The translations under genes and the position numbers were made by a program. A model generated the notes under the pieces. It was not told where the DNA came from and ran no database searches. It worked only from the letters and a program-made list of their open reading frames with translations. Shown piece by piece: positions 30,959-40,512 of a stretch of DNA of 40,668 nt; the stretch's first letter is position 1, and each line of letters starts with the position of its first letter. The DNA is from Chlamydiota bacterium (GTDB lineage Bacteria > Chlamydiota > Chlamydiia > Chlamydiales > SM23-39): assembly GCA_039179045.1 (NCBI GenBank), contig JBCDEZ010000006.1, forward strand, positions 1 through 40,668, given 5' to 3'.

Positions 30959-31601
30959 TACATTTTACTACTATCTTTTGGGGAAAATTTTCGAGCATTT
31001 GCGGATTACCTTCACCGCACTATTTCTCGCCACAGCCCTTTCCATCCCTTTGGGTATTCTCTTGGCGAAAACGGGCAAGCAAGTGCTGGCAAGTGCGCTT
31101 CTGCGCATTGTCGCTGCGATCCAGACGATGCCCGGCCTCGCGCTCATCGCACTCATGACTGCTTTTTTTGTATGGATTCGCCCCTTTTTTCCCATTCCTA
31201 CAACGGGATTCGTGCCAGGTACCTTGGTACTGTCTGTGTATGCGATTCTTCCCATTTTACATAGCACCTATGGAGGTATTCGAGGAATTGGACGTCCTCT
31301 TACCGAAGTTGCCAGAGGAATGGGAATGACACGCTTGCAAATGTTGTATCTTGTAGAGTTTCCTCTAGCTCTTCCAGAGATTTTTCGAGGGATTCGTACC
31401 GCGTCTATCTGGACTTTTGGCTCTGCTACGCTTACCTCACTTATAGGATCGGGAGGTCTTGGGGACTTGATTTTACAAGGTCTAAGGAGCATGAATCCCT
31501 CTTTGCTTTGCTATGGGACGATTCCTTTGATGGTACTGGCAGTTGCTTCCGATGCCCTCATTGCAAAGTGCGCATCGAAGTGCGTGCAAAGGCGCCTATG
31601 A
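30951..31601 (+). CDS. Osmoprotectant ABC transporter permease
   Basis: EHL, IQTMPGLAL, YAILPI, EVARGMGMT, VEFPLA.P, IGSGGLG (ProW/OpuBB-like). Confidence 0.92.
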   Translation: MDSTFYYYLLGKIFEHLRITFTALFLATALSIPLGILLAKTGKQVLASALLRIVAAIQTMPGLALIALMTAFFVWIRPFFPIPTTGFVPGTLVLSVYAILPILHSTYGGIRGIGRPLTEVARGMGMTRLQMLYLVEFPLALPEIFRGIRTASIWTFGSATLTSLIGSGGLGDLILQGLRSMNPSLLCYGTIPLMVLAVASDALIAKCASKCVQRRL

Positions 31602-32479
31602 AGTCTTTCTATGGGCGACTTGCTCTTTACGGAATGTTTTTTTTATTAGTAGTTTTGTTGTTTCATCTCCCTTCGTTTTCCAACAAAGACCGCATTATGA
31701 TTGGAGCTAAGAACAACCCCGAGTGCCAGATTTTGGCCGAGATCATGACCCAAATGGTGGAGCGAGACACTTCCTATCCCGTGCGCAATATGCTCTGTTT
31801 GGAGGGCACGTATGTTGCATTCCATGCTCTTGTATCGAAGAGTATCGACCTCTACGTTGATTATACAGGTACACTACTTTTGACGATCTTGGGGGAAATT
31901 CCCTCTAAAAGAACGTTCTCAGAGTTGCAAGAACAGCTAGCTATCGAGAAACAGCTCTCCGAGCAATTCGGTATATCGATTGTGTTTCCCTTCGGCTTTC
32001 GCAATGCTTATGTTCTGTTGGCTCGCGAAGATTTTCCGCAAAATCGCATACGAGATCTTACCGGAATGCCCCTGCGGTACGGCTTTGATGCCGAGTTTAT
32101 AGCTCGTAAAGAGAGCCAGTTGCTAAAAGACCGTTACCAACTCTCTTTCCAGGATTGCCGTCTTATGGATACAGCCTTGCTGTATCTCTCATTGCAATCT
32201 TCTGCTCTCGATGTGATCTCTGCGAACCATACCGATGGAGATATTCTCCGCTATCCAGTAAAAATTTTGGAGGGAGATCCAGATCTATTTCCCGCATACT
32301 CAGCCGTTTGCCTCGCACGTAAGGGCTGGGAGATGGAACATCCTGAGATAGTGGCCACCATTGGAAAATTGCAAAACAAGATCTCAGTCGAGAAGATGCG
32401 CGAAATGAATGCAGCCTTTGCTCAAGGAGTACCTCGGCGAGAAATTGCCAAGAAATTCTTAAAAGAGAGCAATTTGTAG
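31598..32479 (+). CDS. Osmoprotectant ABC transporter substrate-binding protein (OpuAC family)
   Basis: IGAKN..E..IL.E, IDLYVDYTGT, GF.N.Y, EF..R, FP.Y motifs; N-terminal membrane anchor. ATG at 31598 overlaps the permease stop. Confidence 0.88.
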   Translation: MKSFYGRLALYGMFFLLVVLLFHLPSFSNKDRIMIGAKNNPECQILAEIMTQMVERDTSYPVRNMLCLEGTYVAFHALVSKSIDLYVDYTGTLLLTILGEIPSKRTFSELQEQLAIEKQLSEQFGISIVFPFGFRNAYVLLAREDFPQNRIRDLTGMPLRYGFDAEFIARKESQLLKDRYQLSFQDCRLMDTALLYLSLQSSALDVISANHTDGDILRYPVKILEGDPDLFPAYSAVCLARKGWEMEHPEIVATIGKLQNKISVEKMREMNAAFAQGVPRREIAKKFLKESNL

Positions 32480-32502
32480 AAAAAATCCTTTTCGTCTATA
32501 CT
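32474..32502 (+). promoter_or_regulatory. Candidate sigma66 promoter for the AGCS pair
   Basis: TTGTAG (32474-32479)-17 nt-TATACT (32497-32502), about 60 nt before ATG 32562. Confidence 0.5.
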
Positions 32503-32561
32503 ATGTGCAATCTTCCTCCCCAGATAGTTTTTTATAAGAATAGAGGTTTGCGCAAGCTTAT

Positions 32562-33956
32562 ATGGTAGAAAATTTTTTACAGCACTTCGAAAAGATCGTC
32601 TGGGGCGCCCCCCTTCTTGCTCTCTTGCTCGCCTCTGGAGTCTACCTGACTTTTGTCTCCCGCTTTGTACAGGTGCGCTACCTTTTCTACTCTTTGAAGC
32701 TTGCCTTCAGCAGAAATCAGGATCTAGGAGCTGCCTCTAGGGGAAATATTTCCCATTTTGAAGCCTTAATGACCGCTTTAGCTGCAACCATCGGCATTGG
32801 TAGTGTAGCAGGCGTGGCTACCGCAATCGCAATCGGAGGGCTCGGAGCGCTTTTTTGGCTCTGGATTGCTGCTTTTTTAGGGATGGCTACCAAGTATAGC
32901 GAAGCAATTTTAGCGCTCCGCTACCGCGTGACTTCTGAAGATGGAGAGCTCTCAGGGGGGCCCATGTATTACTTGGAAAAGGGTTTTCGCTCGAAAAGAT
33001 CCGGTCGTGTTCTCGCCGTATTTTTTGCGATGGCAGGTGCTGTGGCAGCTTTTGGCACAGGCAACATGGTGCAAGCGCATGCAGTCTCCTCATCTCTTTT
33101 CTCCTGCTTTTCCCTTTCTCCTTGGTTTTCTGGCCTGTTTTTGTGTGCAATTACCGCATGCGCGCTTTTCGGTGGTATCAAAAGCATTGGGAAGGTATCG
33201 AGTTATTTGGTGCCTCTCATGGCTGTACTTTACGTAGGAGGAGGCCTTTGCGTTCTTTTCCTACAAAGGGACCAGATTCCAGACGCTCTTGCGAAGATTG
33301 TGAAGACCGCATTTACAGGGCAGGCAGCGACGGGAGGTTTTTTGGGATCGACCCTTCTGCTTGCCGTGCAGTATGGGGTATCTAGAGGAATTTTTTCTTC
33401 AGAAGCAGGCATGGGCTCGGCTCCGATTGCTGCTGCTGCTGCGAAGTCAGATGTGCCTGGTAGGCAGGCGCTCGTTTCGATGAGTGGGGTATTCATCACC
33501 TCATTTTTAGTTTGCACTGTCACAGGATTGGCCATTGCTACCTCAGGTGTGTTGGGGCAGGTCGATAGCCAAGGCGCACTCTTAAGTGGCTCTCGTCTTG
33601 TAATTGAGGCGTTCAATACAGCCCTTCCAGGATCGGGGGTTGTGATTACCCTCTCGTTGCTTTTGTTCGCTTATTCGACCATTTTAGGCTGGGCGTATTA
33701 TGGAGAAAAATGTGTGGAATATTTGTTTGGGCAAAAAAGCATTTTGGTCTATCGCCTCATCTTCGTAGCAGCGCTACTACCTGGCTCTTTGGTCAGTCTC
33801 AGTGTTGTTTGGAGCTTTGCAAACATCATGAACGGTGTGATGGCCATTCCCAATCTTTTGGGTTTGTTTGCTTTGAGCAGTGTTGTCGCTGAAGAGACGC
33901 GCTCTTTGTCGCTTTTGCTACGTCAAGAAGCGTACCAAGAAAGGAGTTATCCATGA
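32562..33956 (+). CDS. Alanine/glycine:cation symporter (AGCS family), copy 1
   Basis: ALAATIGIGSVAGVA, GGPMYY, RGIFSSEAGMGSAP, ILGWAYYGEK, NG.MA.PNL. Confidence 0.96.
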   Translation: MVENFLQHFEKIVWGAPLLALLLASGVYLTFVSRFVQVRYLFYSLKLAFSRNQDLGAASRGNISHFEALMTALAATIGIGSVAGVATAIAIGGLGALFWLWIAAFLGMATKYSEAILALRYRVTSEDGELSGGPMYYLEKGFRSKRSGRVLAVFFAMAGAVAAFGTGNMVQAHAVSSSLFSCFSLSPWFSGLFLCAITACALFGGIKSIGKVSSYLVPLMAVLYVGGGLCVLFLQRDQIPDALAKIVKTAFTGQAATGGFLGSTLLLAVQYGVSRGIFSSEAGMGSAPIAAAAAKSDVPGRQALVSMSGVFITSFLVCTVTGLAIATSGVLGQVDSQGALLSGSRLVIEAFNTALPGSGVVITLSLLLFAYSTILGWAYYGEKCVEYLFGQKSILVYRLIFVAALLPGSLVSLSVVWSFANIMNGVMAIPNLLGLFALSSVVAEETRSLSLLLRQEAYQERSYP

Positions 33957-35329
33957 TCGAATACTTGGAATTATTCAACCATTTCCTTTGGGAAAAGTGC
34001 TTGTTGGTTCTGCTCCTCGGCTTGGGAGTCTACCTCACGGTCCGCCTCAAAGGGATGCAGCTTCGCTACTTGCCCTACTCGCTGCGTCTCGCTTTTTTTT
34101 CCCAGGAAAAAGGAGGCAAAGGGGATATTTCCCAGTTCCAATCTCTCATGACAGCTCTCGCAGCGACCATGGGGATTGGAAGCATCGCGGGGATGGCAAC
34201 TGCGGTCATGGCGGGAGGAATGGGTGCGATCTTTTGGATGTGGCTCGTCGCTCTTTTCGGTATGGTTACGAAATTTGCTGAAGCTATTTTGGCTGTAAAA
34301 TACCGGCAAGTGGACGAAAAAGGAGAGATGTGCGGAGGCCCGATGTACTACATCCATCAGGGACTCGGTTGGCCCCGCCTTGGAGCTGCTTTCGCCGTTT
34401 TTGGTGCAATTTGTGCTTTTGCAGGGGGCAATATCACGCAGTCGCATTCGATTGCCCACGCTATACACCACCTTACTGGAATTCCACAAAGCATTACAGG
34501 TGTTGTGATCGCTTTTTTTACTGCCATTGTGATTTTAGGGGGTATACGCAGTCTGGGCAAAGTCAATGCTGTCCTTGTTCCTGCAATGGCACTCCTCTAC
34601 ATAGGAGGAGGAGCACTTGTCTTGCTCTACTTCTATCCTTTGATCTTACCGAGTATCCAGCAGATTTTTCTGCACGCTTTCACAGGGCAAGCCGCCTTTG
34701 GGGGGTTCGTGGGAGCTGGAGTTATGCAAGCAGTGCAGCTCGGGGTATCGAGAGGCATCTCTTCGAACGAAGCGGGCTTAGGCTCAGCTCCTATTGCCTC
34801 TGCAGCTGCGAAAACAGATGTACCGGGAAGGCAGGCTCTGATTTCCATGACAGGTGTTTTCATCTCGAGCTTTCTTGTTTGCACCATGACAGTGCTGATC
34901 ATTGCCGTTACAGGGGTAATGGGGTCTTTGGATGCCTCAGGAGACGCTCTCAACGGAGCTCCCCTTGTGATGGAGGCATTTCGTACGGTTCTCCCTTTCG
35001 GGCATTGGATTGTAGGGATCTGCATTGTGCTTTTTGGATACTCCACAATCCTAGGTTGGGCTTACTACGGCGAGAAATGCGTGGAGTATCTCTTCGGAGT
35101 GCGCGTTTTGCTCTACTACCGGATTGTATTCATCCTCCTTGCCTTTTTGGGCACTTTGCTCTCTCTAGATGTGGTTTGGGTACTGGTCGATCTGATGAAC
35201 GGACTGATGGCACTACCCAACTTGATCGGTCTGCTCTTTCTATGCCCCGTCATCTTTGAAGAGGCGCAAGGATTCTTCCAGCTTCTCGAACAGGAGAAAA
35301 GGCAAGTCGAAGAGACGAATCTCTCTTAG
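33953..35329 (+). CDS. Alanine/glycine:cation symporter (AGCS family), copy 2
   Basis: ALAATMGIGSIAG, GGPMYY, RGISSNEAGLGSAP, ILGWAYYGEK; ATGA overlap with copy 1. Confidence 0.96.
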   Translation: MIEYLELFNHFLWEKCLLVLLLGLGVYLTVRLKGMQLRYLPYSLRLAFFSQEKGGKGDISQFQSLMTALAATMGIGSIAGMATAVMAGGMGAIFWMWLVALFGMVTKFAEAILAVKYRQVDEKGEMCGGPMYYIHQGLGWPRLGAAFAVFGAICAFAGGNITQSHSIAHAIHHLTGIPQSITGVVIAFFTAIVILGGIRSLGKVNAVLVPAMALLYIGGGALVLLYFYPLILPSIQQIFLHAFTGQAAFGGFVGAGVMQAVQLGVSRGISSNEAGLGSAPIASAAAKTDVPGRQALISMTGVFISSFLVCTMTVLIIAVTGVMGSLDASGDALNGAPLVMEAFRTVLPFGHWIVGICIVLFGYSTILGWAYYGEKCVEYLFGVRVLLYYRIVFILLAFLGTLLSLDVVWVLVDLMNGLMALPNLIGLLFLCPVIFEEAQGFFQLLEQEKRQVEETNLS

Positions 35330-35361
35330 CCTCCGCACTTTCAACGACGCAAAGCCTTCTC

Positions 35362-36120
35362 TCAAGAAGAGAGAAGGGAAAAAGCGTAGGAAACTTCGGA
35401 AAAAAAGTGCGTCTGATAGGGGGAGAGAATCTCGATCCACTCTACAATTTCTCTCGAAGGCCAAATCTCGAGAAGAGATGTGTACCTGCTCAAAAACTTT
35501 TCGAGAGATTTTGCATGGGTTTGGATGGTTCCCAGCTTCTTGGCGCTCAGTATATTTTCTGCGCTTTTCTGCGCGTTTTTCCCTCTTTTTTGGTATTTTG
35601 TCTCTTTCGTAATGGTGTATAGGCACTCTTCAAGTTGGTAGAGATCGGCAGCACACCGTTTGACCTGCTTTTGGCAAGCGCGCAAAAAGCGGCGCACTAA
35701 GGTATCTTGCAAGGGAAATTCCCCTTGGTAAGCCTGCAAGGGAGACACGTTACCAGAAGAGGTAGCAAACCTGCGACCTAAGCGACGGATTGTTTCTACT
35801 AGGTACCTTTTCATGTACGGCTCTCCTGGAAATGTTCCCTCCTGGATATCTTGCTCGATTTTCTCAAGCAACGAAGCGCTCATTTTTTTATTTCCAGCGT
35901 ACAATGAGGCCTTCCACTTGCCCAGATGGCGGAAGGTTTGGAGGAGCTCTACCCGCTCTTTATAAGGGTCAAAAGGGGTGAGATCCCATAAAGAAGTAGC
36001 TATTTTTTCTCGATACATGTCACATAACATAGAGAATAGGGACCCTTTTTGCAAGAATCTCTCAAGATACAACGGATGGTTTTGCGCGAGATACAATAGG
36101 ATCTGTTGCATTACCTTCAT
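35362..36120 (-). CDS. Hypothetical protein (252 aa)
   Basis: Non-overlapping ORF filling the gap after AGCS copy 2; no recognised motif. Confidence 0.6.
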   Translation of the reverse strand: MKVMQQILLYLAQNHPLYLERFLQKGSLFSMLCDMYREKIATSLWDLTPFDPYKERVELLQTFRHLGKWKASLYAGNKKMSASLLEKIEQDIQEGTFPGEPYMKRYLVETIRRLGRRFATSSGNVSPLQAYQGEFPLQDTLVRRFLRACQKQVKRCAADLYQLEECLYTITKETKYQKRGKNAQKSAENILSAKKLGTIQTHAKSLEKFLSRYTSLLEIWPSREIVEWIEILSPYQTHFFSEVSYAFSLLSS

Positions 36121-36182
36121 TTGTCAGGGAAAAATCGATTCTTTGTGTTGCGTAAGTTAAGAATCTCTCCGAAGGGAAGGAC

Positions 36183-36264
36183 AAGCCGCTCTTCGGATTG
36201 GACTCGTCCGTCTGACGGGGCTTTGAATCACGCCTATCGGATGAGTGTATCCGTTCAGCGGCTT
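36183..36264. other. 82-nt imperfect inverted repeat (rod-like hairpin); candidate structured RNA
   Basis: Stems 36183-90/36257-64, 36194-98/36249-53 and 36202-10/36238-46, separated by small internal loops. Confidence 0.65.
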
Positions 36265-36590
36265 TGGGTTTTGTGCAGATTGGCTGGTTGTCGCGCTCCA
36301 AATCAGACAAAAACCATCTATTTTCTGCGTATTTTGGTCAAACAACGCACACGGGCCCCGTTTTCAGTGCTCTCAATGAGGGATCCGGATAAAGGGGTGC
36401 ATACGGACAGAGCTTTTTATGGCAGCTTTTTCATGTAAAAATTTCCCTTCATGGGGAAATTCTCACTTGAGGGAAAAAGTCTCCCGATCGTTGGATGCGA
36501 CCTTCCTGAGTCTTCAGAAACTTGCTACCGAAGAAAACATTGCCAGCTCCCGGCATGTAGTCCCAATAGTACTGAACGGGTGCGTTCTAG

Positions 36591-38027
36591 CTAATGAGTT
36601 CGCAGAGTGTTTCCCTGCCTGGTGTGGTTTGCTGACTGGGATAAATAAGTAAGCTGGTAGTAGGCGCAGATTGTCTGGTAAGCTGCTTCATTGCGCAGGT
36701 ACTGCGCTTGAGAAAACTCGTTGACCGAGTCACGGTAGTCTAACGGGCGCATGGTTCCGATCAACAGACGCTCTTTTGCCTGCTCCATCGCTTTTTTGGC
36801 AAAAAAGACGGCATTTTCTGCATGGAGATAGGCGTAGATGCCCTCTTCGATCTGGCGCAGGGTATCGCGCAGGGCAACTTCTGTTTGCAAAGCGGCGTAT
36901 TTGTAGCGGAGCTTGGCTGCGATCTTTTTGGATGCCGCCTCTTTGATTTTTCTTTCTCTGCCGAAGGAATCGAAAAGATTCCACGACAACTTCACACCTG
37001 CCGCCCAGCTAAAAGAGTCTTCGCTGAAGGTGCGAGCGCCTGGGTCTCCCGCATTTTTCTGATAATCGATAAATGTGGCGATATGGGGAAAATATTTCCC
37101 GTAGGCTTTTTTTAGAGCATTTTCTTGCAGGTCGACTGCGATCTTTTCGAGCTGTATTTCGGGGAAATATTCCAGCGCGCGAACTACATATGCGCGTAGC
37201 TCCTCTTCGGAAAAAAGAGACAAAGTGCTCTCTGTGGGATCTTGCTTCAAAGCACCTAAAAATGTGATGCTGTTCGAGCAAAAGTGCTTTTTTGCTTCTT
37301 GGAGCTTCTCACGCACTATAGGAATTTCCTTAAGAGGGAAAGAGGTCTCTTCGAGGGCAATGGTATCGGCCTCGGCAGGTTCGAGTCCCAAGATCTGCAC
37401 GAGAGCATTTTTTGCGCTGACCCATTTTTTGAGCGCTTGATAGTATAGGGAAATCGCGTTGGAGCTGGCCACAGCGCTTTTCGTCACATCCAAAGGGGGA
37501 GCGACTGCCGACTCGTACCGTTTTTTCTCAATGGCTAGCGCCTCTTGCAAATAACCGATGTTCTCTTTTTGAGTTTCTACTTGCAGCGCTGCTAAAAGAG
37601 TGGCGTAGTAACTTTTTCTCACTGAGAAGAGCAGTTGGTTTTTCTTTTGCAGATTTTCTTCTTGTGATCGTCTTAGCCCCAGATCTGCCCGATCGAGATC
37701 AAAGAGCAAATCCGAGGAGAAAACGGGCTGTGAGAGGCCAAATTTGTTCATATTTAGGTGTTGTTTGTATCCCAAAGCACCCGAGCTTACTACCTCGACT
37801 ATCGTGGGTTCGAAGGTGTAGGCATAGAAAGACTCGTAGACGACTTTGGGACACCAGTCGGCTACGGCTTGCCATTTTTTCTGCACTGACTGGTACACCT
37901 TCTCGTGTGATGCTAGATAAAGGGGGTTTTCCCCTAGAGCAATCTCTTCGGCCAGCTCTCTCGATAGCACCCAGGCAGGCGCACAAAAAGGAATTAAGAG
38001 GAGCAGTAGTACCTGTACTTGCCTCAT
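36591..38027 (-). CDS. TolC family outer membrane efflux protein
   Basis: Signal peptide from ATG 38027; two OEP repeats (A...NP, LSQPVF, V...YY; AL...PEI, GVKLSWNLFD). Confidence 0.9.
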   Translation of the reverse strand: MRQVQVLLLLLIPFCAPAWVLSRELAEEIALGENPLYLASHEKVYQSVQKKWQAVADWCPKVVYESFYAYTFEPTIVEVVSSGALGYKQHLNMNKFGLSQPVFSSDLLFDLDRADLGLRRSQEENLQKKNQLLFSVRKSYYATLLAALQVETQKENIGYLQEALAIEKKRYESAVAPPLDVTKSAVASSNAISLYYQALKKWVSAKNALVQILGLEPAEADTIALEETSFPLKEIPIVREKLQEAKKHFCSNSITFLGALKQDPTESTLSLFSEEELRAYVVRALEYFPEIQLEKIAVDLQENALKKAYGKYFPHIATFIDYQKNAGDPGARTFSEDSFSWAAGVKLSWNLFDSFGRERKIKEAASKKIAAKLRYKYAALQTEVALRDTLRQIEEGIYAYLHAENAVFFAKKAMEQAKERLLIGTMRPLDYRDSVNEFSQAQYLRNEAAYQTICAYYQLTYLSQSANHTRQGNTLRTH

Positions 38028-38128
38028 CAATTGGCATCTCCCTTGTCTAATGCAGGCATAGCCGATTTTTTGATAGATAGATAGTCCAAAAAAGAAAAAG
38101 GGACTATAAGGGATTTGGAGGTGTTGGT

Positions 38129-39496
38129 GTGGATACATTGCTTCTATCAAGAATTCAGTTTGCTTTAAACATCGCCTTTCACTTTATCTATCCCCCTTTG
38201 AGCATCGGTCTTGCCCTATTTCTAGTCGTTTTAGAGGGCGTTTATATGAAGACCCGTTCGGATCATTACCGGCAGCTTCTCGAGTTCTGGATCAAAATTT
38301 TCGCTCTTATCTTTGCGATCGGTGTGGCAACAGGGCTGGTACAGACCTTTGCATTCGGGACGAATTGGGCGCGGTATTCCCGTTTTGTAGGAGACGTATT
38401 TGGTTCAGCCCTCGCTGCCGAAGGAATTTTTGCGTTTTTCCTAGAAGCAGGTTTTTTGGGAGTCCTCCTTTTCGGCATAGATCGCGTGCGCCCTTCGGCC
38501 CACTACTTTTCGACGATTTGCGTTGCAATCGGAGCGCACTTTAGCGCGGTTTGGATTGTGATTGTCAATTCCTGGATGCAGACCCCTGCAGGCTATGCCA
38601 TTCAAGGGGAGGGAAGCTCTGCGCGCGCTGTAGTAACCAACTTTTGGGAGATGCTTTGGAATCCCTCGTCTCTCGATCGCCTCGTTCATGTGATTTTGGG
38701 TTGCTGGCTTGCAGGTTTTTTTTTCGTGCTCAGTGTAGGCTGCTACTATCTTTTGCATCGCCGTCATGAAAAAGAAGCCTTTGTCATGATCAAAATCAGC
38801 CTCTTTTTCTCTCTGATTATTCTCCTTTTGCAGGTGATCTCAGGAGATTCGAGCGCGAAAATCGTAGCGCGCTACCAGCCTGCCAAGCTCGCAGCAATGG
38901 AGGGGATCTACCGGACAGAGCCTTACACACCCATTTCCTTGATGGGATGGGTCGACTCTAAAGAAGAGAGAGTACACGGAATACAGATCCCAGGTCTACT
39001 CAGCTTTTTGGTTTATCGTGATCCTGCAACGCCCGTTCCGGGACTCGATCAAATCCCCCGGGAGAATTGGCCCAATGTGCCTTTGATCTTCCAATTTTAC
39101 CATACCATGCTCGCTTGCTGGGCTGCTATGCTGCTGATTGTCCTCTATGGGCTTTATCAGTGGAAAAAGGCGCGCTTGCCGCGCGCGCGCATCTTTTTGC
39201 GCGTGGGCGTATTTTCTGTGATTTTGCCACAGCTAGCTCTACAAACTGGTTGGTTCACAGCGGAGATGGGGAGACAGCCTTGGATCATTTACGGTGTGAT
39301 GAGAACAGCCGATGGCGTCTCAAAAAACCTCGTCAAAGAGCAGCTTTGGGGATCGATTACGATGTTTGTTCTCATCTACTTGCTTCTATTTTTCCTGTTC
39401 ATCTTCTTGCTCGACCGGAAGATCAAGCAGGGGATTGCGCCGCAAGAAGAGTCTTCAGCTAGTTCCACATACAACCATATTTTTCCAGAAACATGA
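38129..39496 (+). CDS. cydA: Cytochrome bd ubiquinol oxidase subunit I (short Q-loop)
   Basis: LSRIQFA...[43 protein letters not shown] start after GGAGG. Confidence 0.97.
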   Translation: MDTLLLSRIQFALNIAFHFIYPPLSIGLALFLVVLEGVYMKTRSDHYRQLLEFWIKIFALIFAIGVATGLVQTFAFGTNWARYSRFVGDVFGSALAAEGIFAFFLEAGFLGVLLFGIDRVRPSAHYFSTICVAIGAHFSAVWIVIVNSWMQTPAGYAIQGEGSSARAVVTNFWEMLWNPSSLDRLVHVILGCWLAGFFFVLSVGCYYLLHRRHEKEAFVMIKISLFFSLIILLLQVISGDSSAKIVARYQPAKLAAMEGIYRTEPYTPISLMGWVDSKEERVHGIQIPGLLSFLVYRDPATPVPGLDQIPRENWPNVPLIFQFYHTMLACWAAMLLIVLYGLYQWKKARLPRARIFLRVGVFSVILPQLALQTGWFTAEMGRQPWIIYGVMRTADGVSKNLVKEQLWGSITMFVLIYLLLFFLFIFLLDRKIKQGIAPQEESSASSTYNHIFPET

Positions 39497-40512
39497 TCGA
39501 TCTTCCCCTCATTTGGTATTTTGTACTCTGTGCTGCTGTCATCTTCTATGCCATACTAGATGGATTTGATTTGGGTGTGGGTTCTTTGTACCTCTTTTTT
39601 CGCAAAGATCAAGAAAGAAGAATTCTTCTCAATAGCATTGGCCCTGTTTGGGATGGCAATGAAGTGTGGCTTGTAGTGGTTTTGGGAGCGCTCTTAGCGG
39701 GATTTACTCCAGCCTACGCAACTCTTTTAACCGGATTTTATACGCCCACGATGATTTTGATTTTCTTTTTGATTTTTCGAGCTGTAGCGATCGAGTTCCG
39801 CTCGAAACTCCCTTCGCTTTACTGGCGCAGCTCCTGGGATTGTGCTTTTGCATTTTCGAGTCTGGCCATGGCGTTCGTTCTAGGTACGGGGGTAGGCAAT
39901 CTCATTCTTGGGGTTCCTCTTACGGATGATCTTGTGTTTGTAGGCAGTCTATCCCTTTTTTTTCGCTCTGATGCACTTCTTGTAGGAGTGTGCGCCGTGT
40001 CCCTTTTTACTATGCATGGTAGTGCTTATCTTTGTATGAAAACAGAGGGAACTCTCCAAAATAAGATGAGGAGGTTTGCTCTTGCTGCCGTGGCGCTTTT
40101 CTTTGTGATCTATTCTTTGACTACGATCGATGTCCTGCAAAAAGCTCCTTGGATGTTAGCTCCCTTTTTTCGGTATCCCCCTCTTTTTATCCTGCCTGTT
40201 TGCGCCCTTTGCGCTATCTGTTTTGTTCCCTATTGCCTGTATCGTAGATCTTTTGGGTACGCTTTTGTCTACTCTTCTTTGTCCATAGCGCTTCTACTTT
40301 CCCTCTTTGGAGTCGGTATGTTTCCCTATCTTCTCCGCTCGAGCAGAGCGCTTGAGCATAGCCTTACGATTTACAATGCTGCCTCTTCGGAAAAAACCTT
40401 GCAGATTCTACTGACGGTCGCGTGCATTGGTCTTCCTCTGATGTTCGTATATGTTTATTGGGTCTACCGCATTTTTCGAGGTAAGGTGCGGTTAGACAAG
40501 CAGAGTTACTAA
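39493..40512 (+). CDS. cydB: Cytochrome bd ubiquinol oxidase subunit II
   Basis: LDGFDLGVG, IGPVWDGNEVWL, R.VAIEFR, SLTI.NAASS, Y..F.GKV. Confidence 0.97.
   Translation: MIDLPLIWYFVLCAAVIFYAILDGFDLGVGSLYLFFRKDQERRILLNSIGPVWDGNEVWLVVVLGALLAGFTPAYATLLTGFYTPTMILIFFLIFRAVAIEFRSKLPSLYWRSSWDCAFAFSSLAMAFVLGTGVGNLILGVPLTDDLVFVGSLSLFFRSDALLVGVCAVSLFTMHGSAYLCMKTEGTLQNKMRRFALAAVALFFVIYSLTTIDVLQKAPWMLAPFFRYPPLFILPVCALCAICFVPYCLYRRSFGYAFVYSSLSIALLLSLFGVGMFPYLLRSSRALEHSLTIYNAASSEKTLQILLTVACIGLPLMFVYVYWVYRIFRGKVRLDKQSY

Noticed and set aside
34330..35259. 309-aa alternative-frame ORF inside AGCS copy 2
   Set aside because: Cys/Arg/Ser-rich composition typical of an off-frame reading of a hydrophobic gene; no equally long counterpart in the paralogue.
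36340..36480. GATCCGGATAA segment (TPP riboswitch-like) and hairpin ATTTCCC..GGGAAAT
   Set aside because: The other TPP core motifs are absent or out of order, and the short hairpin alone is uninformative.
38028..38150. Upstream extension of the TolC ORF
   Set aside because: Overlaps the cydA start; the signal peptide begins at ATG 38027.
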